Source: Nannocystales bacterium (lineage in GTDB: Bacteria; Myxococcota_A; Polyangia; Nannocystales; Nannocystaceae). Taken from it: a DNA stretch of 64,000 bases. A model generated the notes under the pieces. The model did no database searches. It was not told the DNA's origin and saw nothing but the letters and a program-made list of their open reading frames with translations. The position numbers and the translations under genes are program-made. Location of the stretch: NCBI GenBank assembly GCA_050633305.1, contig JBOEGF010000010.1, forward strand, positions 448,001 to 512,000. The letters run 5' to 3'. Positions within the stretch are counted from its first letter, which is position 1. Each line of letters begins with the position of its first letter. Below, piece after piece: positions 47,676-56,868 of this stretch.

Positions 47676-48380
47676 GTGCAGGCGCTGCGAGTTGCATACG
47701 TCGAGGATGACGAGAAGCTCGGTCGTCTCACGGCCCGGTACCTCGAGTCCCACGGAGTCGAAGTCGCGGTCTACCAAGACCCCGAAGAGGCGATCTCAGA
47801 GATCCTCCGCGCACGCCCGGACGTCGTACTGCTGGACCTGATGTTGCCGGGGATCGATGGGTTCGAGGTGCTGCGACGGCTTCGCAAACATCTCGACGTC
47901 GCGATCATCATGGTCACCGCCCGGGGCGAAGAGGCCGATCGGGTGATCGGTCTGGAAGGCGGGGCGGACGACTACGTGTCGAAGCCGTTCGCTTCGCGGG
48001 AACTGTTGGCCCGCATTCGAGCGCAGGGCCGACGGGTCCGCCAGCGGACGATGGCCCCCAACCGGCGTGCCCAAGCTGGCCCCTTGGTCATCGATGGCCG
48101 GACCCGGTCGGCCTTGCTCGACGGCAAGCGGCTGGAGCTGACGACGTACGAGTTCGAGCTGCTGCAGGTGCTGGTGCAGCGTGCTGGCGAGGTCCTCACG
48201 CGAGAGCAACTCGTTGAGGCCGTTCGCGGCAGCGCGGAAGAAGCGTTCGAGCGCTCGATCGATGTGCACATCTCGAACATTCGCAAGAAGCTCGGCGAAC
48301 CCGCGCGGCATCCGACGTTGCTCAAGACCGTCAGAGGCATCGGCTACATCCTGGCGTGTGGCCCTGAAAGCGACTCGTGA
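47676..48380 (+). CDS. OmpR-family response regulator
   Basis: YVEDD, LLDLMLP, GADDYVSKPF, ERSIDVHISNIRKKL, TVRGIGY. Confidence 0.96.
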   Translation: MQALRVAYVEDDEKLGRLTARYLESHGVEVAVYQDPEEAISEILRARPDVVLLDLMLPGIDGFEVLRRLRKHLDVAIIMVTARGEEADRVIGLEGGADDYVSKPFASRELLARIRAQGRRVRQRTMAPNRRAQAGPLVIDGRTRSALLDGKRLELTTYEFELLQVLVQRAGEVLTREQLVEAVRGSAEEAFERSIDVHISNIRKKLGEPARHPTLLKTVRGIGYILACGPESDS

Positions 48381-49819
48381 AGTCCACGCTCTCGTTTCGG
48401 ATCTATGCGTTGGGGCTGCTGCAGATCGCGGTTGTCCTGTTTGGATTCGGCGTGGTTGCTCAGTGGGATCGCCCGGCACCTCCGGACGAGATGCGCAGGC
48501 AGGAGGTTTCGCTCGCGTCCGCAGTCGAGCTTGATCTTCACGATGCGGTCTCGGTCCAGCGTCACCTCGACCTGGCGCTGGCGGAGCAGGGCGTAGAGGT
48601 GGAGGTCTTCGACCACGAAGACCGGCGAATCGCCACGACCATTCCGGAGGATGCGGAGCCATGCGTCGAGGTGATGGGCGCAAGTCCGCACGATCAGCCG
48701 CCGCCTCCCCCGGGGCCGGGAAACCCGCCCGGGGGTCCACCCGGCGGCCCTCCGAGGGGCGACGGCAGGGCCGGCGTCGTCACGGGTCCGCCCCCGGGCA
48801 GTCCGCGACCCTTCTGCTACTCGCTTCCGATTCGGTCCGGAGCCGGCCTTGGCAAGGTCGTGTTCCGGCGCGTCATGCCTGGCATGACGTCCCCGTTCGC
48901 GCCGTCGGTGATCCTGCTGACGCTCGTCACGGTGGCCGTCGCGTCGTGGTTGCTGATGCGGTCCCTCGTGCGACCCCTTCAGACCCTGGGCAACGCGGCT
49001 CACGCCTTGGGAAAAGGTGACCTCGCCGCGCGGACGGGAATGGAGCGGGACGACGAGCTGGGAGAGGTCGCGCATGCGTTCGACACGATGGCCAACCGTA
49101 TCGAGGAACTCGTTCGCGGCGAACGGGAGTTGATCGCGAACATCTCGCACGAGTTCCGCACCCCGTTGGCCCGGATCCGGGTCGCGCTGGACTTGGCCGC
49201 GGAGTCGGACTCGGCAGATGACGTGCGCGCGTCCCTCGGAGACATCGTCGAGGATCTCGAAGAACTCGACCAGCTCGTCTCCGATGTTCTCGACTCGGCG
49301 CGGCCGGTCTTGGACCCGCAGGGAGCTTCGGGGACACCGACCCTTCACTCGAAGTCGTTCGATGGAACACAATGGTTGCAGGCGTCAGCAGAGCGTTTTG
49401 CCGGGCTGTATCCGGACCGTGCCCTCGAGATCGAACTGGCCGCGGGGGCGCCCTTGCGCGGAGATCCCTCGCTGCTTCGGCGGATGGTCGACAACCTGTT
49501 GGACAACGCGCAGAAGTTTTCGGCGTCGGATCCACGGCCTATCTCGCTGTCCTCGCGTCGCGTGGGAGAATGGTTGCACATCGAGGTCCGCGACTTTGGG
49601 ATCGGCATCGGCCCCGAAGATCTCGACCGGGTGTTCGAGCCCTTCTTCCGGGCGGACCCCAGTCGAGCGCGCAGTACGGGTGGCACGGGATTGGGCTTGG
49701 GGCTGGCCCGGCGCATCGCTCACGCGCACGGCGGGACGTTGGCCCTGGAGAGTCAGGTCGGTGTAGGAACCACCGCTCGCATCCGCTTGCCGGTCGCCGA
49801 TGCGGAGCCCCGTCTGTAA
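48377..49819 (+). CDS. HAMP-domain sensor histidine kinase
   Basis: Two TMs, Pro/Gly-rich periplasmic loop, HAMP, SHEFRTPL, NLLDNA, GGTGLGL; GTGA overlap. Confidence 0.95.
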   Translation: MKSTLSFRIYALGLLQIAVVLFGFGVVAQWDRPAPPDEMRRQEVSLASAVELDLHDAVSVQRHLDLALAEQGVEVEVFDHEDRRIATTIPEDAEPCVEVMGASPHDQPPPPPGPGNPPGGPPGGPPRGDGRAGVVTGPPPGSPRPFCYSLPIRSGAGLGKVVFRRVMPGMTSPFAPSVILLTLVTVAVASWLLMRSLVRPLQTLGNAAHALGKGDLAARTGMERDDELGEVAHAFDTMANRIEELVRGERELIANISHEFRTPLARIRVALDLAAESDSADDVRASLGDIVEDLEELDQLVSDVLDSARPVLDPQGASGTPTLHSKSFDGTQWLQASAERFAGLYPDRALEIELAAGAPLRGDPSLLRRMVDNLLDNAQKFSASDPRPISLSSRRVGEWLHIEVRDFGIGIGPEDLDRVFEPFFRADPSRARSTGGTGLGLGLARRIAHAHGGTLALESQVGVGTTARIRLPVADAEPRL

Positions 49820-49829
49820 GGGATTGTTA
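49813..49829 (+). promoter_or_regulatory. Putative OmpR-family binding box, copy 2
   Basis: TCTGTAAGGGATTGTTA overlapping the kinase stop, about 64 bp upstream of the YHYH gene. Confidence 0.6.
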
Positions 49830-49892
49830 AGAACCCTCGCGGAACTGTTTGCGGCGGACGGTCTCCGGCCGCCCCGCGACTAGCCTGCGTGG

Positions 49893-50888
49893 GTGAACTG
49901 GCGACACTTCGGACTTCGGGACAAGCGCGGTCGCGCTCTTCTTGCCCTGTGCCTGCTCTCGCTGGCCTGTGGAGACGAGGGGGGCGGAGATACGGTTGGG
50001 GCATCGACGGGCGCAGAGGGATCAACAACCTCCGCGGCATCGTCGTCGGGCTCGACCGCTTCGGGCTCCTCGGGCGCAGTCGGCTCCTCGAGTGGCGTTG
50101 CCGACTCGAGCTCTTCGGGCACGGCCAGCACCGGGTCCGGGGGCTCGGGAACGACGGGCACCACCGGAACCACCGGCGGTCTGCATCCGGCGTTTGCAGA
50201 GTTTGATGCGGAGAACTTCACCATCACGCTCGATGGGGACGAGGTCGTGCTGGAGTCGAACGGCCTCCCCAACCACGTCTCGCCGTACTGGTCCAACACG
50301 ACGGCCCGTGCGTCTCCCGACGGCATGGGACCCGCCACTCCGGCAGCCGACGAAGACCATCCGTTGTTCGTGGCACCCACGGCGACGAGCTTCGAAAGCA
50401 TGGCTCCGGGCAACATCGACGACTTCATGGGCTCCTTCGAGCTGCGGGTTCCCGTCTCGCCCCAGCGGGCCGACCAATCCACGGCAACGGGCTTGGGTCC
50501 GATCGGGATGGCTGTCAGCGGAGCGATGATCTACAACGACGAGGAGGGGCCCAACGTACCGCTCGACAACGCCGTCCCTTCGCTCGACTTCACCGCAGCG
50601 CACACCGGCCCGCAGAGCTATCACTACCACCTCGAGCCCAAGGCCTGGTCCGACGATGACGACGCCCTCATCGGCGTGATGGCCGACGGCTTCTTCTTGT
50701 ATGGGCGTCGGGACAGCGCGACCGGAGACTACCCTGACGACCTGGATGTCTCTGGAGGGCACGAGGGGATGACTCCGCACGCACGCACGCCCGAGTACCA
50801 CTATCACATCCAGAACGAAGCCTACTTGAACGAGTACTACGTGCTCTTTCCCGGCGACTATCAGGGCACCCCCACGGGGATTCAGTAG
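49893..50888 (+). CDS. YHYH-domain lipoprotein (copy 1)
   Basis: Lipobox LSLAC, S/G/T linker, SNGLPNH, LGPIG, SYHYH, IGVMADGFFLYG, EYHYH. Confidence 0.9.
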   Translation: MNWRHFGLRDKRGRALLALCLLSLACGDEGGGDTVGASTGAEGSTTSAASSSGSTASGSSGAVGSSSGVADSSSSGTASTGSGGSGTTGTTGTTGGLHPAFAEFDAENFTITLDGDEVVLESNGLPNHVSPYWSNTTARASPDGMGPATPAADEDHPLFVAPTATSFESMAPGNIDDFMGSFELRVPVSPQRADQSTATGLGPIGMAVSGAMIYNDEEGPNVPLDNAVPSLDFTAAHTGPQSYHYHLEPKAWSDDDDALIGVMADGFFLYGRRDSATGDYPDDLDVSGGHEGMTPHARTPEYHYHIQNEAYLNEYYVLFPGDYQGTPTGIQ

Positions 50889-50901
50889 CGGGGGCTCGAC
50901 G

Positions 50902-51495
50902 GTGGGCAAGAGAGTCCCATGGCTTGTGGTGTGCGTCGGAGGCCTCGCCCTCGGTGCCGCTTGGCCTCAGACGCAACCGCGAGCGGCCGCGGCCGTGACC
51001 GAGATCGAAGCCGAAAGGCTCGACGTGCGGGCCGATCAGGGGCTCGTTGTTCTCGGCCGACTGCCGTACACAGGGGTCGCGCTTCGTCACGATGAGATGG
51101 GCCGACTCGTCGCGCGAAACCAGTATCGGTTTGGCAAAAAACACGGTCGTCAGGAGATGTGGTTTGCGGACGGCACGCGGAGTTTTTTCAGCGACTACGT
51201 GGTGGGGAAGCGACATGGCGAGACCCGGAGCTGGTGGCGCAACGGCAACCCGCGGACGCGCTCGAACTTTGTCGAGGGGCGGGCCGACGGAGTCCAGCTC
51301 CAGTGGTACGTCAGCGGCGCGAAGTTCAAGGAGATGCGGCTGCGGGCCGGGCGAGAGGTCGGGATGCAGCGCTCCTGGCGAGAGAACGGAAAGCTCTACA
51401 ACAACTACGAAGTCCACGATGGCCGCATCTACGGACTCAAGCGAAGCAAACTGTGTTTTCGGCTCGACGATGAAGAAATCCAAATCTCGAAGTAG
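50902..51495 (+). CDS. Exported MORN-variant repeat protein (YwqK-like annotation family)
   Basis: Signal peptide; PYTG; repeats GKKHG...WF.DG, GKRHG...WW.NG, GRADG...WY.SG, GREVG...W.ENG; ends GLKRSKLC. Confidence 0.85.
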   Translation: MGKRVPWLVVCVGGLALGAAWPQTQPRAAAAVTEIEAERLDVRADQGLVVLGRLPYTGVALRHDEMGRLVARNQYRFGKKHGRQEMWFADGTRSFFSDYVVGKRHGETRSWWRNGNPRTRSNFVEGRADGVQLQWYVSGAKFKEMRLRAGREVGMQRSWRENGKLYNNYEVHDGRIYGLKRSKLCFRLDDEEIQISK

Positions 51496-52300
51496 TGGTT
51501 TGCTGGCGCTCGTCGTACTCGTCGCGGGGGCCTGCGATGCCGGGGACGGCGAGGACGAAACCGGAGCTGGCGCCACGGAAGGCTCCGCGGACGTCCACCC
51601 GGCGTACGCGGAGTTCGATGCCGACCGCTTCACGATCAGCCTCGACGGGGACGAGGTCGTGCTCGAGTCGACGGGCTTGCCCAACCACGTTTCGCCGTAC
51701 TGGTCGAACACGACCGCTCGGTCGGCTTCGGATGCGATGGGACCAGACACGCCTGCCGCTGACATCGATCACCCACTGTTCGTGGCACCCACCGCGACCG
51801 ACTTTGCGTCCATGGCACCGGGAAATATCGACGACTTCGTCGGGTCCTACGAGTTGCGGGTCCCCGTGTCTCCGTCGTTGGCGAGCAGCTCTTCTGCCAC
51901 CGGCTTGGGCCCCATCGGCATGGCGGTCAGTGGGGCGATGATCTACAACGACGAGGAGGGCCCCAACGTTCCGCTGGATGATGCTGTGCCCTCTTTGGAC
52001 TTCACGGCCGCGCACACGGGCCCGCAGAGCTACCACTACCACCTGGAACCGAAAGCGTGGTCGGACGACGACGACGCGCTCATCGGCGTGATGGCCGACG
52101 GGTTCTTCCTGTACGGGCGTCGGTGCAACTCGACCGGGGAGTACCCCGTAGACCTGGATGCATCCGGTGGCCACGCGAGCACAACGCAGCACGTCCTCGT
52201 GGCCGAGTATCACTATCACATCCAAAACGACGCCTACTTGAACGAGTTCTACCTGCTCTTTCCCGGCGACTACCAAGGGACCGCTTCGGCGATTCAATAG
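51470..52300 (+). CDS. YHYH-domain lipoprotein (copy 2)
   Basis: ATG 51470; lipobox VAGAC; YHYH domain nearly identical to copy 1. Confidence 0.9.
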   Translation: MKKSKSRSSGLLALVVLVAGACDAGDGEDETGAGATEGSADVHPAYAEFDADRFTISLDGDEVVLESTGLPNHVSPYWSNTTARSASDAMGPDTPAADIDHPLFVAPTATDFASMAPGNIDDFVGSYELRVPVSPSLASSSSATGLGPIGMAVSGAMIYNDEEGPNVPLDDAVPSLDFTAAHTGPQSYHYHLEPKAWSDDDDALIGVMADGFFLYGRRCNSTGEYPVDLDASGGHASTTQHVLVAEYHYHIQNDAYLNEFYLLFPGDYQGTASAIQ

Positions 52301-52312
52301 ACGAGTCTGGCG

Positions 52313-53086
52313 ATGGAAAACTCGAATCCACATCGACCTTTGCGTGCACCGGGCCGGAGCCTGATGCTCGTTTGTCCGTTGGCCTCGGTACTTCTGGGTG
52401 GGGCATGCAGTGCGGACGAGCGAGCATCGCAGGATCCCGCGTCGGCTCCTGCGGCCGGGGCGATGTCCGCGGTCGTCCCCCGGCCGGAGTTTGTCGAGCG
52501 CGCGCGCGACGAGGGACCGCTTCCCTTCTATGCCGATGCGGCCTTCACCCCGCACTGGCTCTCACCGGGCGGGGCCGAACTCGACGAGTTTCATACCGTC
52601 GCTCCATTCGAGCTCACGAACCAGGACGGGGACCTCGTCACGCAGGAAACGTTCGACAAGAAGATCTACGTCACCGATTTCTTCTTTTCGACGTGCCCGG
52701 GTATCTGCAAGGCGATGACGAGAAACATGGCGGACTTGCAGGAGACGTTTGCCGACGACCCGGACGTGCTGTTCCTGTCGCACTCGGTCACCCCCGACGT
52801 GGATGACGTCGAGCAACTCGCCGGGTACGCCCAGGCCAATGGCGTGCAGTCGGGAAAGTGGCACCTCGTCACGGGCGATCGGGAGCTGATCTATCGTCTC
52901 GGTCGGCGCAGCTACTTCGTGGATGAGAACCAGGGCGAAGAGGTGGGGCCGGACCAGTTCCTGCACACCGAGAACTTCGTCTTGGTCGACAGGCACCGTC
53001 ACATTCGCGGGATCTACAACGGTCTCAACAAAGCGTCGCTGGCGCAGCTCGTCGCCGACGTGAAGCGGCTGAAGCAAGAGGGGTAA
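52313..53086 (+). CDS. SCO1/SenC family copper-chaperone lipoprotein
   Basis: Lipobox LGGAC; DFFFSTCPGIC (CxxxC), SHSVTP, LHTENFVLVD. Confidence 0.93.
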   Translation: MENSNPHRPLRAPGRSLMLVCPLASVLLGGACSADERASQDPASAPAAGAMSAVVPRPEFVERARDEGPLPFYADAAFTPHWLSPGGAELDEFHTVAPFELTNQDGDLVTQETFDKKIYVTDFFFSTCPGICKAMTRNMADLQETFADDPDVLFLSHSVTPDVDDVEQLAGYAQANGVQSGKWHLVTGDRELIYRLGRRSYFVDENQGEEVGPDQFLHTENFVLVDRHRHIRGIYNGLNKASLAQLVADVKRLKQEG

Positions 53087-53331
53087 ACGGCCCGGCGCCG
53101 CTTCGTGGCGCCCTCGGCAACCACGCGGGAAGACCGGGTTTGACGGCCGACGTCGGCTCGCTCGATGGGCCATCGCGGCCCCCGTCACCGGTGGTTCCGA
53201 AGTGCCCTGTGTTGGTCAGGGACCCCGGCGTGCGTGCGGTCGACGCGTTGCGTCGGCGACGAGCCGTACGACGCGGCCCTCGCCCGCGGTGAACCGGCCT
53301 TGGCCAGCGGGCCGAACGAACCAACGACCGA

Positions 53332-53760
53332 CTACGGTCGGACCGGACTGGGGCCCACTGGCGCGTCGGTGGTCCCCACCGGAATCAGAACCTCGCGCTC
53401 GATACTGGCCGGCGCGGCGTCGAGCTCGGACATCATGTACAGCGCTGCCACCGCAAGGATGACGACGACGCTGAGGAGCTGAAGCGGGACCGCGATCAGG
53501 CTCAGCCACGACGTCGTCTGTGGCTGCATGATCTGCCGTCGACGCAGGCGGCGGTTGAGCTTCTCGTAGAAGTCCTCGGGCGCCTGCACCTCGCCCAGGC
53601 CTCCCACGAGGGAGATGACCTTCTGGAGGTCTGCGAGCTCCTCCGCCACCTCGGGCGAACTCTCGAGCAGGTCCTCGAACGCCTTGGCGTCGTCGGGCTC
53701 GAGTTCGTCGTCGAGGTAGGCACTGACCATGTCGGTGCCTGTGTTGGTAGAAGTGCTCAC
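53332..53760 (-). CDS. Anti-sigma factor (ZAS-like fold lacking Zn ligands) with TM
   Basis: VSAYLDDEL...FEDLLESSPEV and a TM helix; follows an ECF gene. Confidence 0.8.
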   Translation of the reverse strand: MSTSTNTGTDMVSAYLDDELEPDDAKAFEDLLESSPEVAEELADLQKVISLVGGLGEVQAPEDFYEKLNRRLRRRQIMQPQTTSWLSLIAVPLQLLSVVVILAVAALYMMSELDAAPASIEREVLIPVGTTDAPVGPSPVRP

Positions 53761-53807
53761 GGTGTGGGACGGCTCGCTGTGGAGTGATCGTAGTGCCGGA
53801 AGGGCCG

Positions 53808-54515
53808 TCAGGCCAGGTGGGGTTTGAGTCGGTCCCGCAAAGCGACGCGGGCGCGGTGTAGGCGCGACTTGAGCGTGCCTTCTTGAAGACCGGTGATTCG
53901 CAGGATCTCTTGGTAGCTGAGCCCCTGAACGTCCCGTAGGACGATCAACAGACGGTGCTCAGGGTCGAGCGCTGCAAGTTCTCGCTGGACGGCCGCCTCG
54001 ATGCGATTGCCCTGGGCCATGGCTTCGGGGCCATGGACGCGACTCTGCAGCGGGTTCCCCGGCCCAGCCTCTCCGGCGGGCACGTTGGCTTCGGGCGTGT
54101 CTTCGACCGGGACGCTGCGGTGAAAGTGTCGACCGCGCAGGTACTTGATCCGGTTCTTACAGGTGTTGGACGCGATTCGGTACAGCCAGGTGTAGAAGCG
54201 CCCTTCACCACGGTACGAGCCGATCGCCCGGTGGAGCGTGATGAAGACCTCTTGTGCCAGGTCCTCGGCCTCTTGCCGGTTTCCGATCATCCGGAGGGAC
54301 AGCGCGAAGATGCGGTCCTTGTAGAGCCGGACGAGCTCCTCGAACGCTCGGTTGTCCCCCGCCTTGAGCCGTTCGACGAGCAGTCGGTCCCGAGTGTCCG
54401 CGGCGGCGCGATCTGTCGCGGGCGCCTTGGATGCGGCCTCCTTGGACGCTCCGGGCCCGGTGGGCTCGGACTTCGCGGCGCCTTGCACGTCAGAATCGAC
54501 TTCCGAGGCCGTCAA
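53808..54515 (-). CDS. ECF sigma factor (RpoE/SigW-like)
   Basis: AFEELV, EAEDLAQEVF, FYTWLYRIASN, GTLKSRLHRAR. Confidence 0.93.
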   Translation of the reverse strand: MTASEVDSDVQGAAKSEPTGPGASKEAASKAPATDRAAADTRDRLLVERLKAGDNRAFEELVRLYKDRIFALSLRMIGNRQEAEDLAQEVFITLHRAIGSYRGEGRFYTWLYRIASNTCKNRIKYLRGRHFHRSVPVEDTPEANVPAGEAGPGNPLQSRVHGPEAMAQGNRIEAAVQRELAALDPEHRLLIVLRDVQGLSYQEILRITGLQEGTLKSRLHRARVALRDRLKPHLA

Positions 54516-54567
54516 AAGTTCCCCTCTCGCTCAGATTTTCATACGTCGGCGTTTTTGGCTACAGGAG

Positions 54568-55674
54568 TCATTCCACGATGATCGTGGTGACCCGGTTCCG
54601 GCCGCCCCGTGTCGACTCGACGCGAAACTTCTTGGTGCTCTTGAGGCGTCCGTACAGCCCGAGCATGGCGAGCTGGTTGTTGGTCCGGCTGCCGTTGACC
54701 TTGGTGATCACCTCGCCGACGGCAAAGCCAGCCTTCCTCGAGGCTGGTCCCACGAAGCTGATCTTGTAGCCGCTGCCGATGCTCTTGCCCCGCATCTGCT
54801 GCTTGGCCTTGGAGGAGCTTCCGACGAGACTGTCGAAGTACCACTTGGGGACGCGGCACGTGCTCCCGGTGCAGCGGACGGGAACGGCGGCGGGCTTCGA
54901 ACCGCCCGAGGGCTTGCTTGGGGTCAGCTTCCCCGCCTTGCTCGAACCTCCTGAGGACGAACTTCCTGAAGACGAACCTCCCGCGGGCCGTTTGCTGGGC
55001 GGTGGTTCGAAGGAGCGCTCGCCCTCGACTTCGAGGTAGCGCGTCCACGCCAGGCCAGGTTCGATGCGGTAGTGCAGGGTCTTCGCGGTCCCGTTTCGTT
55101 GGATTTCCACGGAGAGCGTGCCCTCCCGAGGGATGCGTTTGCGAAGCTCGAGCAACCTCTTGGGTCCCGGTGGTTTCGCGCCCTGGACTTCGAGGACGAG
55201 GTCGCCCGGCTGCAGACCGAGTCGGCGCCACAGGGAGGGCTTGGGCAACTCGCCGACTCGGAACGCTGCGGGTACGCCATCGCGCCGCTGTTTCTGTGTC
55301 GTTCGAGCGAACGGGATCTCCTCTTCGCGCCCGAGGGTGTCGGCGACGAGGGTCAAGACAAAGGGGTCGATGCGGTACGTCCCCGCCTCACCTGGAACTT
55401 CGATGATGGCTCGAGCCAGCGCCGCGTCGAGCTCGGCTTCGGGAGGCGGCGGCTCGGTCTCTGGCTTGGCCTTCCGCTTGGCCTTCCGCTTGCGTCGCTT
55501 CTTGCGCCCGGGATCGTCCGTCTCGGCGTCGACCTCGGAGCCGACGTCCCGAAGTTGCTGGGTGCTGGTGTCTGAGGTGTCTTCGTCGTCGAGCCCGAGC
55601 TGCGACGAGATCGCCTGGCAGCCACACAGGCCGAGCAGGAGGATGCATGCCGCCCGACCCACCGCTCGAACCAT
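54568..55674 (-). CDS. Lipoprotein with two GspC-like PDZ domains
   Basis: Lipobox LCGC; SLWRRLGLQPGDLVLEVQG and KAGFAVGEVITKVNG. Confidence 0.7.
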   Translation of the reverse strand: MVRAVGRAACILLLGLCGCQAISSQLGLDDEDTSDTSTQQLRDVGSEVDAETDDPGRKKRRKRKAKRKAKPETEPPPPEAELDAALARAIIEVPGEAGTYRIDPFVLTLVADTLGREEEIPFARTTQKQRRDGVPAAFRVGELPKPSLWRRLGLQPGDLVLEVQGAKPPGPKRLLELRKRIPREGTLSVEIQRNGTAKTLHYRIEPGLAWTRYLEVEGERSFEPPPSKRPAGGSSSGSSSSGGSSKAGKLTPSKPSGGSKPAAVPVRCTGSTCRVPKWYFDSLVGSSSKAKQQMRGKSIGSGYKISFVGPASRKAGFAVGEVITKVNGSRTNNQLAMLGLYGRLKSTKKFRVESTRGGRNRVTTIIVE

Positions 55675-55696
55675 CGACGGCAGTGTATCGCGACTC

Positions 55697-56797
55697 CTAC
55701 AAGTCCGGGTGCAACCGCAGTCCGAGGTTGAGCCCGAGGATGGTCTCGGGCATTGGCCCTGAGACCTGTTGCTGGAAGCCGAAGCCGATGTCGACACCCA
55801 TGCCTCCAGGGCGAGCATCCTTGGCGTAGGCGATGCCGCCTGCCACGTAGATGCGATCGTCGTCGGTACCCTTGCCGCGGTTGTCCCAGATGGTGCCAAA
55901 GCGAATCGGCACGGGGCCGGCGATGAACTCTGCGCTGCCGCCGTAGGTGAGGCGGGTGTGGTCTTCGAACCGGAACGACGTGAAGTCGTAAGTTCCGTCG
56001 AAGTTGATGCTGAGCTTGGGGTTGCGCAGCGGGAAGACGGATAGCCCGTGCACCAGGGTGAGCGGATAGTCGGACAGCTCGGAGAGGTGCCCTCGCTCGA
56101 TTGTGCCCTCGGTGACGGCGAGGCCTTCCAAGGAGATCTCCCGGTCATCCGTGAAATAGGGGTCGTGGTTGCCGACGACGTTCAGGCCGAGGACGGAGAT
56201 CGCAGCGAAGCCTGCGATGTTGAGGGAGAGAGCGGTGTCGAGCCCGAACGCGTTGAGTTTCTCGTGTGCGTTGCGAGCGAGTCCCTCGGTGTCTCGGTAC
56301 CGGAGGCTGGCGTACTGGTACTTCGGCTTGAGGCCCAAGGCGACCCAGTTGGGGACCGCGACAATGCTGAGGGCACCGAAGGCTTCGTGGCCAAAGCGCG
56401 ACAGCTCCAGCCGGGTGTCTTCACCCGTGGCGGAGTCGAGGTAGTTGATCTCTGGGGCGCCGCGCATGAACAGGTAGCCCAGGCCCAGCCCGATTCGCGA
56501 GTTGTTCAGCGAATCCATGACCACGAACCCAAGGCCGTTGGTCCGCTGCTGGATGTTGAGCTGATACATCGCCTCCACGGTGAAGACCGGGGAGAAGGAC
56601 ATCATCGCGGGGTTCGCTAGGGCTGCATTGGAGCCGAAGCTCGAGCTGTGCGACACCCCGCCCAGCGACACGTTGCGCGTGCCATCGACGGCCGGACTGG
56701 CCTGTGCGTTGCTGGACAACAACCCCACGGTCATCGCCGCAGCGAGCCCGAAACCTGTTCGCACCGCGGTGCTCGCGCGTTTTCGCAACTTGAACAT
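55697..56797 (-). CDS. Outer-membrane beta-barrel (FadL/PorV-like N-terminus)
   Basis: Signal ending AQA, GTRNVSLGG...ANPA motif, amphipathic strands. Confidence 0.7.
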   Translation of the reverse strand: MFKLRKRASTAVRTGFGLAAAMTVGLLSSNAQASPAVDGTRNVSLGGVSHSSSFGSNAALANPAMMSFSPVFTVEAMYQLNIQQRTNGLGFVVMDSLNNSRIGLGLGYLFMRGAPEINYLDSATGEDTRLELSRFGHEAFGALSIVAVPNWVALGLKPKYQYASLRYRDTEGLARNAHEKLNAFGLDTALSLNIAGFAAISVLGLNVVGNHDPYFTDDREISLEGLAVTEGTIERGHLSELSDYPLTLVHGLSVFPLRNPKLSINFDGTYDFTSFRFEDHTRLTYGGSAEFIAGPVPIRFGTIWDNRGKGTDDDRIYVAGGIAYAKDARPGGMGVDIGFGFQQQVSGPMPETILGLNLGLRLHPDL

Positions 56798-56868
56798 CCG
56801 TTTTCGGAGCATACGGCCCCGCAGATCGGGCGCCAAAAAAGTCAGCAGGTCGCGTAGAGTCTTTCCCA

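Noticed and set aside
50902..51495. Toxin-antitoxin interpretation of the YwqK-like gene
   Set aside because: No adjacent toxin; it has a signal peptide and the similarity reflects generic MORN repeats.
53087..53331. Short ORFs in the gap between convergent genes (also 14260-14484)
   Set aside because: Arg/Pro-rich non-protein-like translations with no start signals.
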